IMG/VR virus record: IMGVR_UViG_3300045988_163752
DNA: 26,633 nt
Source: a virus
Direction: 5' to 3' (one strand)
The notes beneath the pieces were generated by a model. It ran no database searches. It was not told the origin of the DNA and saw only the letters and a program-made list of their open reading frames with translations. The position numbers and the translations under genes are program-made. Shown here one piece after another: positions 9,724 through 19,228 of the stretch (positions are counted from its first letter, which is position 1; every line of letters starts with the position of its first letter).

Positions 9724-12700
9724 ATGGCTGGAAGCATAAAAGGAATTTTAGTTGAAATAGGTGGAGATACATCAGGTTTGCAAAAGGCATTAAAAAAAGT
9801 TAATTCCGAAACATCTGGTTTGAGCAAGGAATTAAAAGGCATTAACTCTTTACTTAAGCTAGATCCTAAAAATACAGAGCTATTAGCACAAAAGCAAACC
9901 GTATTAACTGGGAATATTAAAGAAACAGAGGAAAAACTAAAACTACTAAAACAAGCACAAAAAGAAGCAGATGAAACAATTAAAAATGGTGGAGAAATAT
10001 CTCAAGAAAATTATAGAAATTTGCAAAGAGAAATAGTTAGTACACAAAAGAAACTTGAAAATTTAAAAGAAGAATATAATAATTTTAAAACAGAAAATTC
10101 AAACTTTACTAAAGCTGGAAAAGCATTAGAAAAATGGGGACAAAATATTGACTCAACATCTGAAAAAATAAATAAAATAGGAACTGATGTTACAGCGAAA
10201 GCAACAACAGGAATTGTTGGAATAGCAACAGCGGCAGTTACTGCAGGTGCAAGTTTAGAGTCTGCCGTAGATAAGTACATAGCTAAAGCTGGAAAATCTG
10301 TAGAAGAAACAGAAAAGTATAAAAAAGTGTTAACAGATATAAACGATGCAAATTTTGGGGAAGGATATGAAGATATAGCAAATTCAATGGCAATTGTTGA
10401 ACAACAAATGCGAGGATTAGACGATGCAGCAGACTTAGAAAATATAACTAAAAAAGCATATTATTTGAAAGACGCATTTGATGCAGAAATTAACGAAAGT
10501 GTCAGAGCTGCTAAAATGTTAATGGAGCAATGGGGAATGTCCGCAGATGAAGCATTTGAATTAATAAACCAAGGCTATCAAAAAGGATTAGATAAAAATG
10601 GAGATTTGCTAGACTCAATAAATGAATATTCTGTACATTTCAGACAAATAGGATTAAGTGCAACCGATATGTTTAATACATTTAGCTTAGGTGCAGAATC
10701 TGGAGCCTTTTCTATTGACAAGGTCGGAGATGCAATAAAAGAAATGGGAATAAGACTAAAAGATGGCACTGCAACAGATACGTTAAAATCGATGAAATTA
10801 AATGCAAATGAACTTGAAAAAGCATTCGCAGAAGGTGGTGAAAAAGGATCCTGGGCATTTGGGGAAATTGTAAAAGGATTGCAAAATATAAAAGATCCGT
10901 TAAAACAAAATCAAGCTGGTGTGACAATATTTGGAACAATGTGGGAAGATTTAGGAAAAGATGCTGTTTTTTCGATGACATCATATGGTGAAGCGTTTGA
11001 TGAAACTGCTAATACAATGTCGTCTTCAATGGATAAAATGTATAATAATACAAAAAGTAGTGCAGAAAGCTCAATCAAAAGGATAAAGACGATTTCTGCA
11101 AATTTAGGAACAAAATTATTACCTGTTGTGAACAAAGTATTAGATAAAGTAGAAGTATTTATAAATAAATTAGATAATTTATCTGATTCAGAAAAAGATA
11201 ATATAATTAACATAGGATTATTAGTGGCAGGTGTAGGACCACTTATAAAAATAGTTGGAACTGCAGGAACTGTAATTGGGACAACAAGTAAAGGAATTGG
11301 AATATTTTCACAAGCTTTGAGTGTTGCAAATAACAAGAGCACATCTACAAGCAAAAGTGTAAATTCACTAGCTGGATTTTTAAAGGGAATTGTAAGTCCA
11401 GCAGGACTAGCAACTATAGCAATTGGAGCGTTAGCTGCTGCAGCTGTTTATTATAACGAAAAAACATTTCAATCATCAAAAGCTGCAAAAGAGTATGCAG
11501 ATTCTGTAGCACAAGAAAAAAAAGCAATTGAGGATACCTTTAAAAGCATAGAAGAAAATGCTTCGGTAGAATTAAATCACCTTGATAGAATTTCTAAAAT
11601 GAAGGATGAACTTGCAAATCTTGTTGATGAAAATGGAAAAGTAAAAGATGGATATGAAACTAGAGTTAAATTTATTTTGGGAGAATTAAACGAAGCACTT
11701 GGTACAGAATATAAAATGAATGGAAATATAATTGAAAGCTATAAAGAATTGCAAAATAATGTTGATAAATTGGTTGCAAAGCAAAAAGCCAAAATATATT
11801 TGCAAATTAACGAAGAAAAATACCAAGAAGTAGTCAAAAAACAAAATGAAGCATTAGTTGAACAAAATACAGCATATCACAAATTAGAAGATGCAGCCAA
11901 AAAATATGGTTATAATGTTGAAGAGGTCTCAAATAAAATTGAAGAGAATAAAAATAAAATTAAAGAATTAACAGAAGCTAAGGAATGGTCTACAGAAGCA
12001 GGAAAAGTAAGAATGCAAACAGAAATAAATGAATTAAAGAATCAAAATGGAGAGCTCGAAAGTCTAAATAATGCTTATAAGGAGCGAACTGATATAGTCA
12101 GAAATTTTGCAGATATTGAAAAACAGTATAATGAAAACCAAAAAGCTTATGCTGAGGAAAGATATGACGATATAATTAAATATCAAACTTTAACAAAAAA
12201 TTACAGTGATTCTACTTTGCAGGATATAACCAATAATTTAAAAAGTGTAGGACAAGAATATGCTGACTATTCAAGAAGTGCTAGCACAGCCGATTTGGAA
12301 AGAGCGCAAACATTGAAAGATACTGCAGAAAAAAACATACAAACATTGGCTGATGAATTAGTGAAGAAAACAGGAATTATAAATGGAGAATTAGGACAAC
12401 AGGAAACAGAAGCTTGGAAAACATTAGCGGCAACTAATTACGATGTATATGAAGCTGAACTTTGTAAAATGGCACCTGAAATGGCAAAAAGTATACAAGA
12501 TGCAACTGGTGTGATTGTAAAAGAAACACCATACGCAGTAAACCAAGCTCAATCAATGAGCCAACAAATAATTGAAAAATTAGATAAAAGCCCTGAATTT
12601 AGAGCAAAGGCAGTATCTAATTTACAAGGATTGTTGAATGGAATGTCTGACGAGAATTTAAGAAATTTATTAAATCAAGCTGGTGTTCAAGATGTAGAGA

Positions 12701-13194
12701 AGGTAATGGAAGGTATAAGAAAAGGAAATTTAGCAGAAAATGAAGGAATAAATATACTAAAAAGCTTAAATACAGGGTTACAAAGTTCTTCTTTTACAGG
12801 TACATTATTTGCAACGGCTAAAAGAGTTGCAGAATCAATTTCCAGTGGATTAGAAATAAAACCAAAAGTATCTGTATTTAGTTTAATACCTAAATTGCCA
12901 GGACACAAAGATGGGCTTGATTATGTTCCAAAAGATAACTATGTAGCAAGATTGCACAAAGGGGAAAGAGTATTAACTGCTAAGGAAAATAAAGAATATA
13001 CAAAAATGTTAGAAAACATAAAATTACCTAACTATTCAAGATTGCAAAGCAACTTAACTTCAAAAATGATGAATACAACAAATACTAAAAACTCGTATAA
13101 CATAGAGCTAAAATTTTACCCACAAAAAATGACAGAAACAGAACTTAACAGTGCATTTAAATATTTAAATAGAAAACTTGGTAAACTATATTAA
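9724..13194 (+). CDS. phage tail tape measure protein (TP901 family)
   Basis: 1156 aa; MAGSIKGILVEIGGDTSGLQKALKKVNSETSGLSKELKGINSLLKLDPKNTELLAQK, coiled coil, TP901-type core, hydrophobic segments. Confidence 0.95.
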   Translation: MAGSIKGILVEIGGDTSGLQKALKKVNSETSGLSKELKGINSLLKLDPKNTELLAQKQTVLTGNIKETEEKLKLLKQAQKEADETIKNGGEISQENYRNLQREIVSTQKKLENLKEEYNNFKTENSNFTKAGKALEKWGQNIDSTSEKINKIGTDVTAKATTGIVGIATAAVTAGASLESAVDKYIAKAGKSVEETEKYKKVLTDINDANFGEGYEDIANSMAIVEQQMRGLDDAADLENITKKAYYLKDAFDAEINESVRAAKMLMEQWGMSADEAFELINQGYQKGLDKNGDLLDSINEYSVHFRQIGLSATDMFNTFSLGAESGAFSIDKVGDAIKEMGIRLKDGTATDTLKSMKLNANELEKAFAEGGEKGSWAFGEIVKGLQNIKDPLKQNQAGVTIFGTMWEDLGKDAVFSMTSYGEAFDETANTMSSSMDKMYNNTKSSAESSIKRIKTISANLGTKLLPVVNKVLDKVEVFINKLDNLSDSEKDNIINIGLLVAGVGPLIKIVGTAGTVIGTTSKGIGIFSQALSVANNKSTSTSKSVNSLAGFLKGIVSPAGLATIAIGALAAAAVYYNEKTFQSSKAAKEYADSVAQEKKAIEDTFKSIEENASVELNHLDRISKMKDELANLVDENGKVKDGYETRVKFILGELNEALGTEYKMNGNIIESYKELQNNVDKLVAKQKAKIYLQINEEKYQEVVKKQNEALVEQNTAYHKLEDAAKKYGYNVEEVSNKIEENKNKIKELTEAKEWSTEAGKVRMQTEINELKNQNGELESLNNAYKERTDIVRNFADIEKQYNENQKAYAEERYDDIIKYQTLTKNYSDSTLQDITNNLKSVGQEYADYSRSASTADLERAQTLKDTAEKNIQTLADELVKKTGIINGELGQQETEAWKTLAATNYDVYEAELCKMAPEMAKSIQDATGVIVKETPYAVNQAQSMSQQIIEKLDKSPEFRAKAVSNLQGLLNGMSDENLRNLLNQAGVQDVEKVMEGIRKGNLAENEGINILKSLNTGLQSSSFTGTLFATAKRVAESISSGLEIKPKVSVFSLIPKLPGHKDGLDYVPKDNYVARLHKGERVLTAKENKEYTKMLENIKLPNYSRLQSNLTSKMMNTTNTKNSYNIELKFYPQKMTETELNSAFKYLNRKLGKLY

Positions 13195-13211
13195 TGTCGA
13201 AATATGTCGAA
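13195..13211 (+). promoter_or_regulatory. tandem Spo0A-box-like sites TGTCGAA-ATA-TGTCGAA (10-bp spacing)
   Basis: exact TGTCGAA at 13195-13201 and 13205-13211, directly after the tape measure stop codon. Confidence 0.55.
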
Positions 13212-13220
13212 AAATATTTC

Positions 13221-13249
13221 TTGAAATAATTTATAATTATGTATAGAAT
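13221..13249 (+). promoter_or_regulatory. predicted vegetative promoter TTGAAA-17-TAGAAT for the moron gene
   Basis: -35 TTGAAA 13221-13226, -10 TAGAAT 13244-13249, in intergenic gap. Confidence 0.6.
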
Positions 13250-13269
13250 TGTTTCAAGGAGGGGATCTT

Positions 13270-14550
13270 GTGTTTTTTGAAAGAATAAATATAAAACTAA
13301 ATGATTCAAAAATAAAAGAAAATATGATGCAATTGGAAAGAAATATTAGATATGGAGGGAAAATTGAATTAGTATATTATAACAACAAGCCTTGTTTTAA
13401 CATATATATTTCAAAAACAAAAAAAATAAATGAAAAAACAGCGCATAAATTACAAAAAGAACAAAATAGTAAATATATTTATGTTGATTGTATAAAAAAT
13501 GAGTTAGCAGAAAAAATATTTAAACTATATAATAATAAAGAAATAACAAAGTATTATTTAACAATAAACAATAATGGAAATAATGTAGAGTGTATAATTG
13601 CATTTCACAAAGATAATACAAAGGGCAAGGATGAGACGCCAATAAAATATTATAATAAATGGTGGATAATTATAGGTATAAGTATAGGGATAATTATACT
13701 TGCTAGCATTGTAAGTTATACGAGAAGCCTTTTAGCAAATAATAGTAATGTAATTTCTGTAAAGAATGAACAAAAAGAGAATACATACGAAATCACGAAT
13801 GATTACAATGGAACATATAAATTTATTATCAATGAAGGAAGTAAAATTACAGTAGGAGCTATAAATATCAATGGAGGAAATGTAAGAGTTAAATTCAATA
13901 GTATAGATAGCGATTATGCATCAAAGACATATAATGGATTTTGCGGATTAAATAGAGATGATAACTCTACTTTCTACATTACTATAATGAATAGCTCTAA
14001 TGAAAGAATCCGTGAATTTAAATGTGAAAAATCTGATAAAAATCTGATATGTAATTCTATGACAGGGACATCTTATCGAAAAATGGAATTAATATATGTA
14101 AATGATGATAAAAATATTGAAAATGTATATAACGAAACTTTAAATTATGAGAAAGAAAAAAAAGAAGAAGAAGAAAAGATAAGAAAAGAAAAAGAAGAAC
14201 AAGAATTTAAAGCAAGTTGTAAAATGTTTACATTTGAACAAATAGCAAGAAACCCTGATAAATTTAAAGGAACTAATGTAAAAATAATTGGAGAAGTTGT
14301 TCAAGTGTTATATGGGAGTAATTCAGTAGATTTAAGAGTAAATATAACAAAAAAAGGTTCATATTCGACATATTATACAGATACAGTTTATGTTACATAT
14401 TATACCAAACCTAATGAAGATAAAATATTAGATAATGATATAATAACCATATATGGGACTGCACAGGGAGATTGCTCTTATACATCTATAATGGGAGCTA
14501 AAGTTACATTACCTAAAATAGATGCAAATTTTATTGAAATTAATAAGTAA
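13270..14550 (+). CDS. single-pass membrane protein with C-terminal OB-fold-like domain; candidate moron in tail module
   Basis: GTG 13270 preceded by AAGGAGGGG; TM segment WWIIIGISIGIIILASIVSY; KFKGTNVKIIGEVVQVLYG..DNDIITIYGTAQG resembles tRNA_anti-like/OB domains; own promoter and terminator. Confidence 0.7.
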   Translation: MFFERINIKLNDSKIKENMMQLERNIRYGGKIELVYYNNKPCFNIYISKTKKINEKTAHKLQKEQNSKYIYVDCIKNELAEKIFKLYNNKEITKYYLTINNNGNNVECIIAFHKDNTKGKDETPIKYYNKWWIIIGISIGIIILASIVSYTRSLLANNSNVISVKNEQKENTYEITNDYNGTYKFIINEGSKITVGAININGGNVRVKFNSIDSDYASKTYNGFCGLNRDDNSTFYITIMNSSNERIREFKCEKSDKNLICNSMTGTSYRKMELIYVNDDKNIENVYNETLNYEKEKKEEEEKIRKEKEEQEFKASCKMFTFEQIARNPDKFKGTNVKIIGEVVQVLYGSNSVDLRVNITKKGSYSTYYTDTVYVTYYTKPNEDKILDNDIITIYGTAQGDCSYTSIMGAKVTLPKIDANFIEINK

Positions 14551-14553
14551 AAA

Positions 14554-14588
14554 GGAGAAAGTCTTGAAAATCAAGGCTTTTTCTTTTT
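14554..14588 (+). terminator. Rho-independent terminator after moron
   Basis: GGAGAAAGTCTTG-AAAAT-CAAGGCTTTTTCTTTTT hairpin plus U tract. Confidence 0.75.
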
Positions 14589-14612
14589 ATTAAAAAAAAT
14601 TCAAAATATCTC

Positions 14613-14636
14613 GCGCTAGAATGAATTTTCTGGCGC
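14613..14636 (+). repeat. second hairpin GCGCTAGAA-TGAATT-TTCTGGCGC before distal tail gene
   Basis: 9-bp stem with one G:U pair, GC-rich in AT-rich spacer. Confidence 0.5.
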
Positions 14637-14662
14637 TTTAATAAATATGAGGAGGTGATATA

Positions 14663-15509
14663 TTGGTAAGAGAATTTAATTTGATAAATGAAAAAGGACA
14701 AAAATTTTCATTTATGGATATAAATGAGTATTGTTTATTAACAGAAATTACAGGATTAGGATTTAGCTATAATACAGAATATAGTAAAATAGAAAATACA
14801 TATACAAATAACATTAGAGAACTACAGCAAGGGCAGCCTGGTGGAATTGCAAATTTTTTAAATTATGATAATTATGAAAAATTTGTTAATTTTATAATCA
14901 ATTCAGAAAAATTAAAATTAGAATATAAGATTCCTAAAAAAGATAAAGTAAATACATATTTTAGAGATATAGAAATACAAAGTTTAGAAAAAACAGAGAT
15001 ACAGACGACAGGAGTAATATCAGAGCCAATTGCATTTGCGTGTCTATCTTTGTGGTATGAAGAGAACAAATATATTTATACTGTTGAAGAAATAACTGAT
15101 GAGTTGCGATGGGATTTTGAATGGGATGCAAGATTTACCGATTATGAAAATAGAAGTGTAACATTTGAAAATAAAGGACATGTAAAAGCACCTTTTTTAT
15201 TAGAAATGGGAGGATATATTCTAAATCCGTGTATATCTGTATATGTAAATAAAGAAAAAGTAAATGAACTAAAATTAGATATAACTATAAATGAAAATGA
15301 AAAGTTAATATATTCAACGAAAGATAATGAATTATTATTATGCAAACAACTGAAAGATGGTACGATGCAGAATTTATTTAATGATTTAGATTTAAATAAT
15401 ATTAATTTCTTTAAGCTACCAAAACGGAGTTTGTGAAGTAAAATTAAATGCTGATAATGAAATATTAAATTCAAGATTAACTATATATGTTGAATATATT
15501 ACAGTTTAA
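14663..15509 (+). CDS. distal tail protein (siphovirus Dit-like), needs a +1 frame change near 15425 for full length
   Basis: TTG start with GAGGAGGTG SD; zero frame ends ..FFKLPKRSL* at 15436; +1 frame continues GVCEVKLNADNEILNSRLTIYVEYITV* to 15509. Confidence 0.75.
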
Positions 15510-15523
15510 AGGGAGGTAAAAAG

Positions 15524-16691
15524 ATGCTAAGAGGACATGTATTTAAGTTTCAAACATTTGCGAATGAAGCCTTTGCACATTTTATTGATATATTTCTACA
15601 AGGAAATATGGGAATAACAAAAGGTTGTGAATTAAGTAAAACAACAGATTCTGTAACAATTGGTGCAGGATATTTTTGTATATGCGGAAGATTTTTAGAA
15701 ATTATAGGCAATGAGACAATAGAAGATATAACAAATACAGGATATTATAATTTAGTTTGTGAATTAGATTTATCAAAAACAAACACAAAATCTGAGTTAA
15801 ATCAGGCTGTCATAAAAACAATAAGAAATACAAGTGGATTTGGAAATTTAACAAAAGAAAATTTATTTGAAGGTGGGAACATATATCAATTTGAATTTGC
15901 TAGATTTAAAGTAACAGAATCGGGAATAACTGACTTTGAGGATAGAAGAACATTCTTAAATTTGGATAGTTTATTTAATTGTATAAATAATAATTTTGAA
16001 AAATTGTTCAAAGAAAAAAATGAAGAAGCGGAAAAGTTATTGAAAGAAATAAAAGTTGAATTAGAAGGAATTAAAGATGGAAGTGCTTTTCTACTTAAGA
16101 CTGGAGGAACAATAGATGGTGATTTGGAAATTTCTGGTAAACTTAGTGAAAAAAATCGGATTAAAATATATATCTGGAAGTAATATAATTGTCTTAGAGG
16201 GAAATATCAATATAGACGCGAATGAGCAAGGCAATAATAACTTTACTATAAATATAGACTATCCAGAAGGATTTAATAAGGATAATTGTGTTCCTATTGC
16301 GTGTGGTGTGCAAATGCTTAAATTAAGAGGCTATAATTATGTTGGAAATTTTGTAAATTCTGGCTCCTTAATAAATGGGGCTTCTACAAGATATTTAAAT
16401 TTAACTGATGAGAAAATTGTATTAGATATTGTAAACCCTACTACAGGAACAGCATATGAATATAAGTATAAAATTGTATTACTTAAATATGAACAAAAAG
16501 AAATTAAATATACACTAGGTGATGTTAATAATGATGGAAACATTAATAAAGATGATTTACAAATGATACAGGATTACATGATGGGAAAAATTCCACTTAC
16601 AGTGCAACAATATAAGGCTGCAGACATAGACGGCGATGGACAAGTAACTTCTGCAGATTATGTAAGATTAAAAAATCAACTAGGGTTGTAG
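15524..16691 (+). CDS. baseplate/tail fibre protein with C-terminal type I dockerin-like domain, split by a +1 frame change near 16157
   Basis: zero frame 15524-16183 (..GGTIDGDLEISGKLSEKN) continues in +1 frame (GLKYISGSNIIVLEGN..) to 16691; C-terminus LGDVNNDGNINKDDLQMIQDYMMG...AADIDGDGQVTSADYVRLKNQLGL. Confidence 0.75.
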
Positions 16692-16700
16692 GTGATGTAA

Positions 16701-18230
16701 TTGGAATTATATGTAGTAGATAATAAAACACTTGACATAATGTCTGTTTGCAATGTATGTGATTACAATCTAAATTTAGACGAAGAAACAAATGGAATAA
16801 GTGAATTTGTATTACCAGATTTAAACAAAATAAAAAAAGGTTGCTATTTAGTCTTAAATGGACTATATAAGCAATTTTTATTTGTGGTAGATGAAGATAT
16901 AGCAATTAATAAAAATGAGACTTGTGTAACAGTTTCAGCCTTAGACATATCAAATATTTTTGATAGAAAAGTAATATTAAAAGATAAAGAAAAAATGCAA
17001 GAAAAAGGAATTGAAAATTTTATAGCAGATGCAATCTTAGAAAATTTTGTAAATACGAATGATACAATATTAAATTTAGATTACATAGATGTGTATATAC
17101 ATAGTAATACAAAATCTTCTGTTGCCATAGACGAAGACAATGGATTATATAACTTCCACACTTTCTTAATTAATTGCAGACAATACAAAGATATATACAC
17201 AGAGTTTTCTATAATAAATAAAAGATTAAAAATCGATGTAGGTTATAAGCTAGAAGAAACGATGCTAATAGATGCAACACTTCCAGAAGTTACAAATTAC
17301 AACAAAATTTATGAAGTTGATCCAGTAACAAAAGTAGAAGCATATATAAGAGCAGATTCTTCAACTTATTGTTTATATTTAACAGCGGATAGAGCCACAA
17401 CAACAGACAAAGATAATCCAAATAGAATCTTTGGAAGAATAGAAACAATCAGCTGTGACACATTAGAAAATGCAAAAGAAGAAGCTTTAAACACAATAAA
17501 AGCAAATACATATAAACATTTAGTAGAATTTAGTATAGCAAAAACTTCTAAGCTTATAGATGTTTCTAAATTATATTTAGGAAGACGAATAAAGATAAAG
17601 ACAGAAGATAGCATATACGATAGTTATATAAGTGCAATAACAATAACGGACGAAAATTTTGTATCTTTTAAAACTGGAAATTTAAGAATTGATTTTACTG
17701 ATAAACAGAGACAACAAAAAAGAGATGGAACTGTAGGGAATAAAATTGATAAAACTGGAGGAACTGTTATTGGAGACATTGAAATAAAAGGAACATTAAA
17801 ATCCAAAAACACAGATATAATTTATATTGGAAGCACAGTTATGTGGAATCAAGCGACTATGACTGAAGCTGGATATAAAACAGTTATTGAAGCTTATAAC
17901 GATTGGTTATTTGCTAATATTTTTAAAAATATTACTATTCCAAATGGATATAAAAAGATGTATAAAATATCTGCATATGTAAGCACAAATACAACAGCAA
18001 AGGCAGGTATAGCAATAAACAATAAATTGCTTTTTGAACATCAAACATGGTCAGGAAGCAATTATAGATATTTGGATTATACAGATTTTTTTGAATTAAG
18101 TAGTATTCCAGTGCAAAAATTAACAGACTATGATGGAACAGGTTATAATGTGCAAATGCATTATGAAGGTGGCGGAACAGCATATATATATCATGCTACG
18201 GTACATGGATATTTAGTCAGAGAGGAGTGA
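16701..18230 (+). CDS. phage minor structural protein / siphovirus tail-associated (Gp37-like) baseplate protein
   Basis: MELYVVDNKTLDIMSVCNVCDYNLNLDEETNGISEFVLP...CLYLTADRATT...FTDKQRQQKRDGTVGNKIDKTGGTVIGDIEIKG; synteny. Confidence 0.8.
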   Translation: MELYVVDNKTLDIMSVCNVCDYNLNLDEETNGISEFVLPDLNKIKKGCYLVLNGLYKQFLFVVDEDIAINKNETCVTVSALDISNIFDRKVILKDKEKMQEKGIENFIADAILENFVNTNDTILNLDYIDVYIHSNTKSSVAIDEDNGLYNFHTFLINCRQYKDIYTEFSIINKRLKIDVGYKLEETMLIDATLPEVTNYNKIYEVDPVTKVEAYIRADSSTYCLYLTADRATTTDKDNPNRIFGRIETISCDTLENAKEEALNTIKANTYKHLVEFSIAKTSKLIDVSKLYLGRRIKIKTEDSIYDSYISAITITDENFVSFKTGNLRIDFTDKQRQQKRDGTVGNKIDKTGGTVIGDIEIKGTLKSKNTDIIYIGSTVMWNQATMTEAGYKTVIEAYNDWLFANIFKNITIPNGYKKMYKISAYVSTNTTAKAGIAINNKLLFEHQTWSGSNYRYLDYTDFFELSSIPVQKLTDYDGTGYNVQMHYEGGGTAYIYHATVHGYLVREE

Positions 18231-19228
18231 AAAGAGTGCAAAATAATATCTATATTGATACAGAAACAAGAAATATAAAATCCAGAGAACGTAATTTTCT
18301 GGGAATTGCTGGAGAGCATGAAATAGAGCAGATAGTATTTAAACTATCTGCTTTCATTATTGGTGAGGCAATATTAGAAATACAAAAATATAACAAAGAG
18401 AATAAACTAGAAAAATATTTTATAAGTTTAGAAAGACAAGAAGAAAGTTATATTTTTAACGTTAAGAATAGTTTATTAGATGTAGCAAAGCCAATAAAAA
18501 TGCAGTTGCATATAACAACTGCTAATGAAGAAGTTTTTAAATCCAAAATTTTTGAAATGCAAGTCTACGAAGCTATAGATGCAACAGAAACAGTTCCAGA
18601 GCAATATGAGGAGTGGATAGATGTTGCAAATTCTGCAATAGCCAAGATGATCGAACTAGAGCAAACAATTTCTAAAAACGAAGAGCAACGACAAAAAGCC
18701 GAAACAAGCCGAGACAATTCTGAAAAAACACGAAATGAATCCGAGAAAGATAGACTACAGAAAGAAGAAGAAAGACAAAAAGCAGAGCAAGAAAGAATAG
18801 AAAAAGAAAAAACACGAATAAAAAATGAATCCGATAGAATTATAAATGAAAATAGCAGAATTGAAGCAGAAAAAAACAGAAAGAGCGCAGAAGAGAACAG
18901 AACAGAAAATGAAGCAAAAAGGGCAGAAAGCGAAGAAAAAAGAGCACAAGCAGAAGAAAACAGAGCTGAAGAGACAAAAAATGCGATTGCAGAAATAAAG
19001 AATTTAAATGAGGATTACAAAGATTTAGCAGAAGAAAAAACAGCAGAGCTAAACGATATAGCCGAAGGTGTAAAAAATATGGCAACAGCAATACAATTTG
19101 CAAATTTTAAGATAAATAAGGAGAATAAGCATTTACTAATAATAACAACTAAAAAATTAGGAAATACAAGTTTTACACTTAACAAAAAAAGGGGAAGATT
19201 GGGGGTAAGAATAGTAAATGGAAACTGA
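18227..19228 (+). CDS. BppU-like N-terminal domain plus long coiled-coil baseplate protein
   Basis: NNIYIDTETRN...FKLSAFIIGEAILEIQKYN then about 100 aa of E/R/N/K coiled coil; LGNTSFTLNKK near C-terminus. Confidence 0.7.
   Translation: MKRVQNNIYIDTETRNIKSRERNFLGIAGEHEIEQIVFKLSAFIIGEAILEIQKYNKENKLEKYFISLERQEESYIFNVKNSLLDVAKPIKMQLHITTANEEVFKSKIFEMQVYEAIDATETVPEQYEEWIDVANSAIAKMIELEQTISKNEEQRQKAETSRDNSEKTRNESEKDRLQKEEERQKAEQERIEKEKTRIKNESDRIINENSRIEAEKNRKSAEENRTENEAKRAESEEKRAQAEENRAEETKNAIAEIKNLNEDYKDLAEEKTAELNDIAEGVKNMATAIQFANFKINKENKHLLIITTKKLGNTSFTLNKKRGRLGVRIVNGN

Noticed and set aside
9092-9842. Overlapping minus-strand ORFs (118 and 156 aa) opposite the tail chaperone
   Set aside because: They are shadows of plus-strand coding; low-complexity Ser/Leu/Phe composition, no SD or promoter; the real missed coding there is the +1 frame on the plus strand.
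14364-14370. Additional TTCGACA (0A-like) inside the moron coding region
   Set aside because: Single, intragenic and unpaired; expected by chance.
18660-18990. Repetitive AGAAGAAAACAGAGCAG-like sequence considered as a repeat array or CRISPR
   Set aside because: Irregular and in frame; encodes a coiled-coil heptad region, no conserved repeat/spacer architecture.
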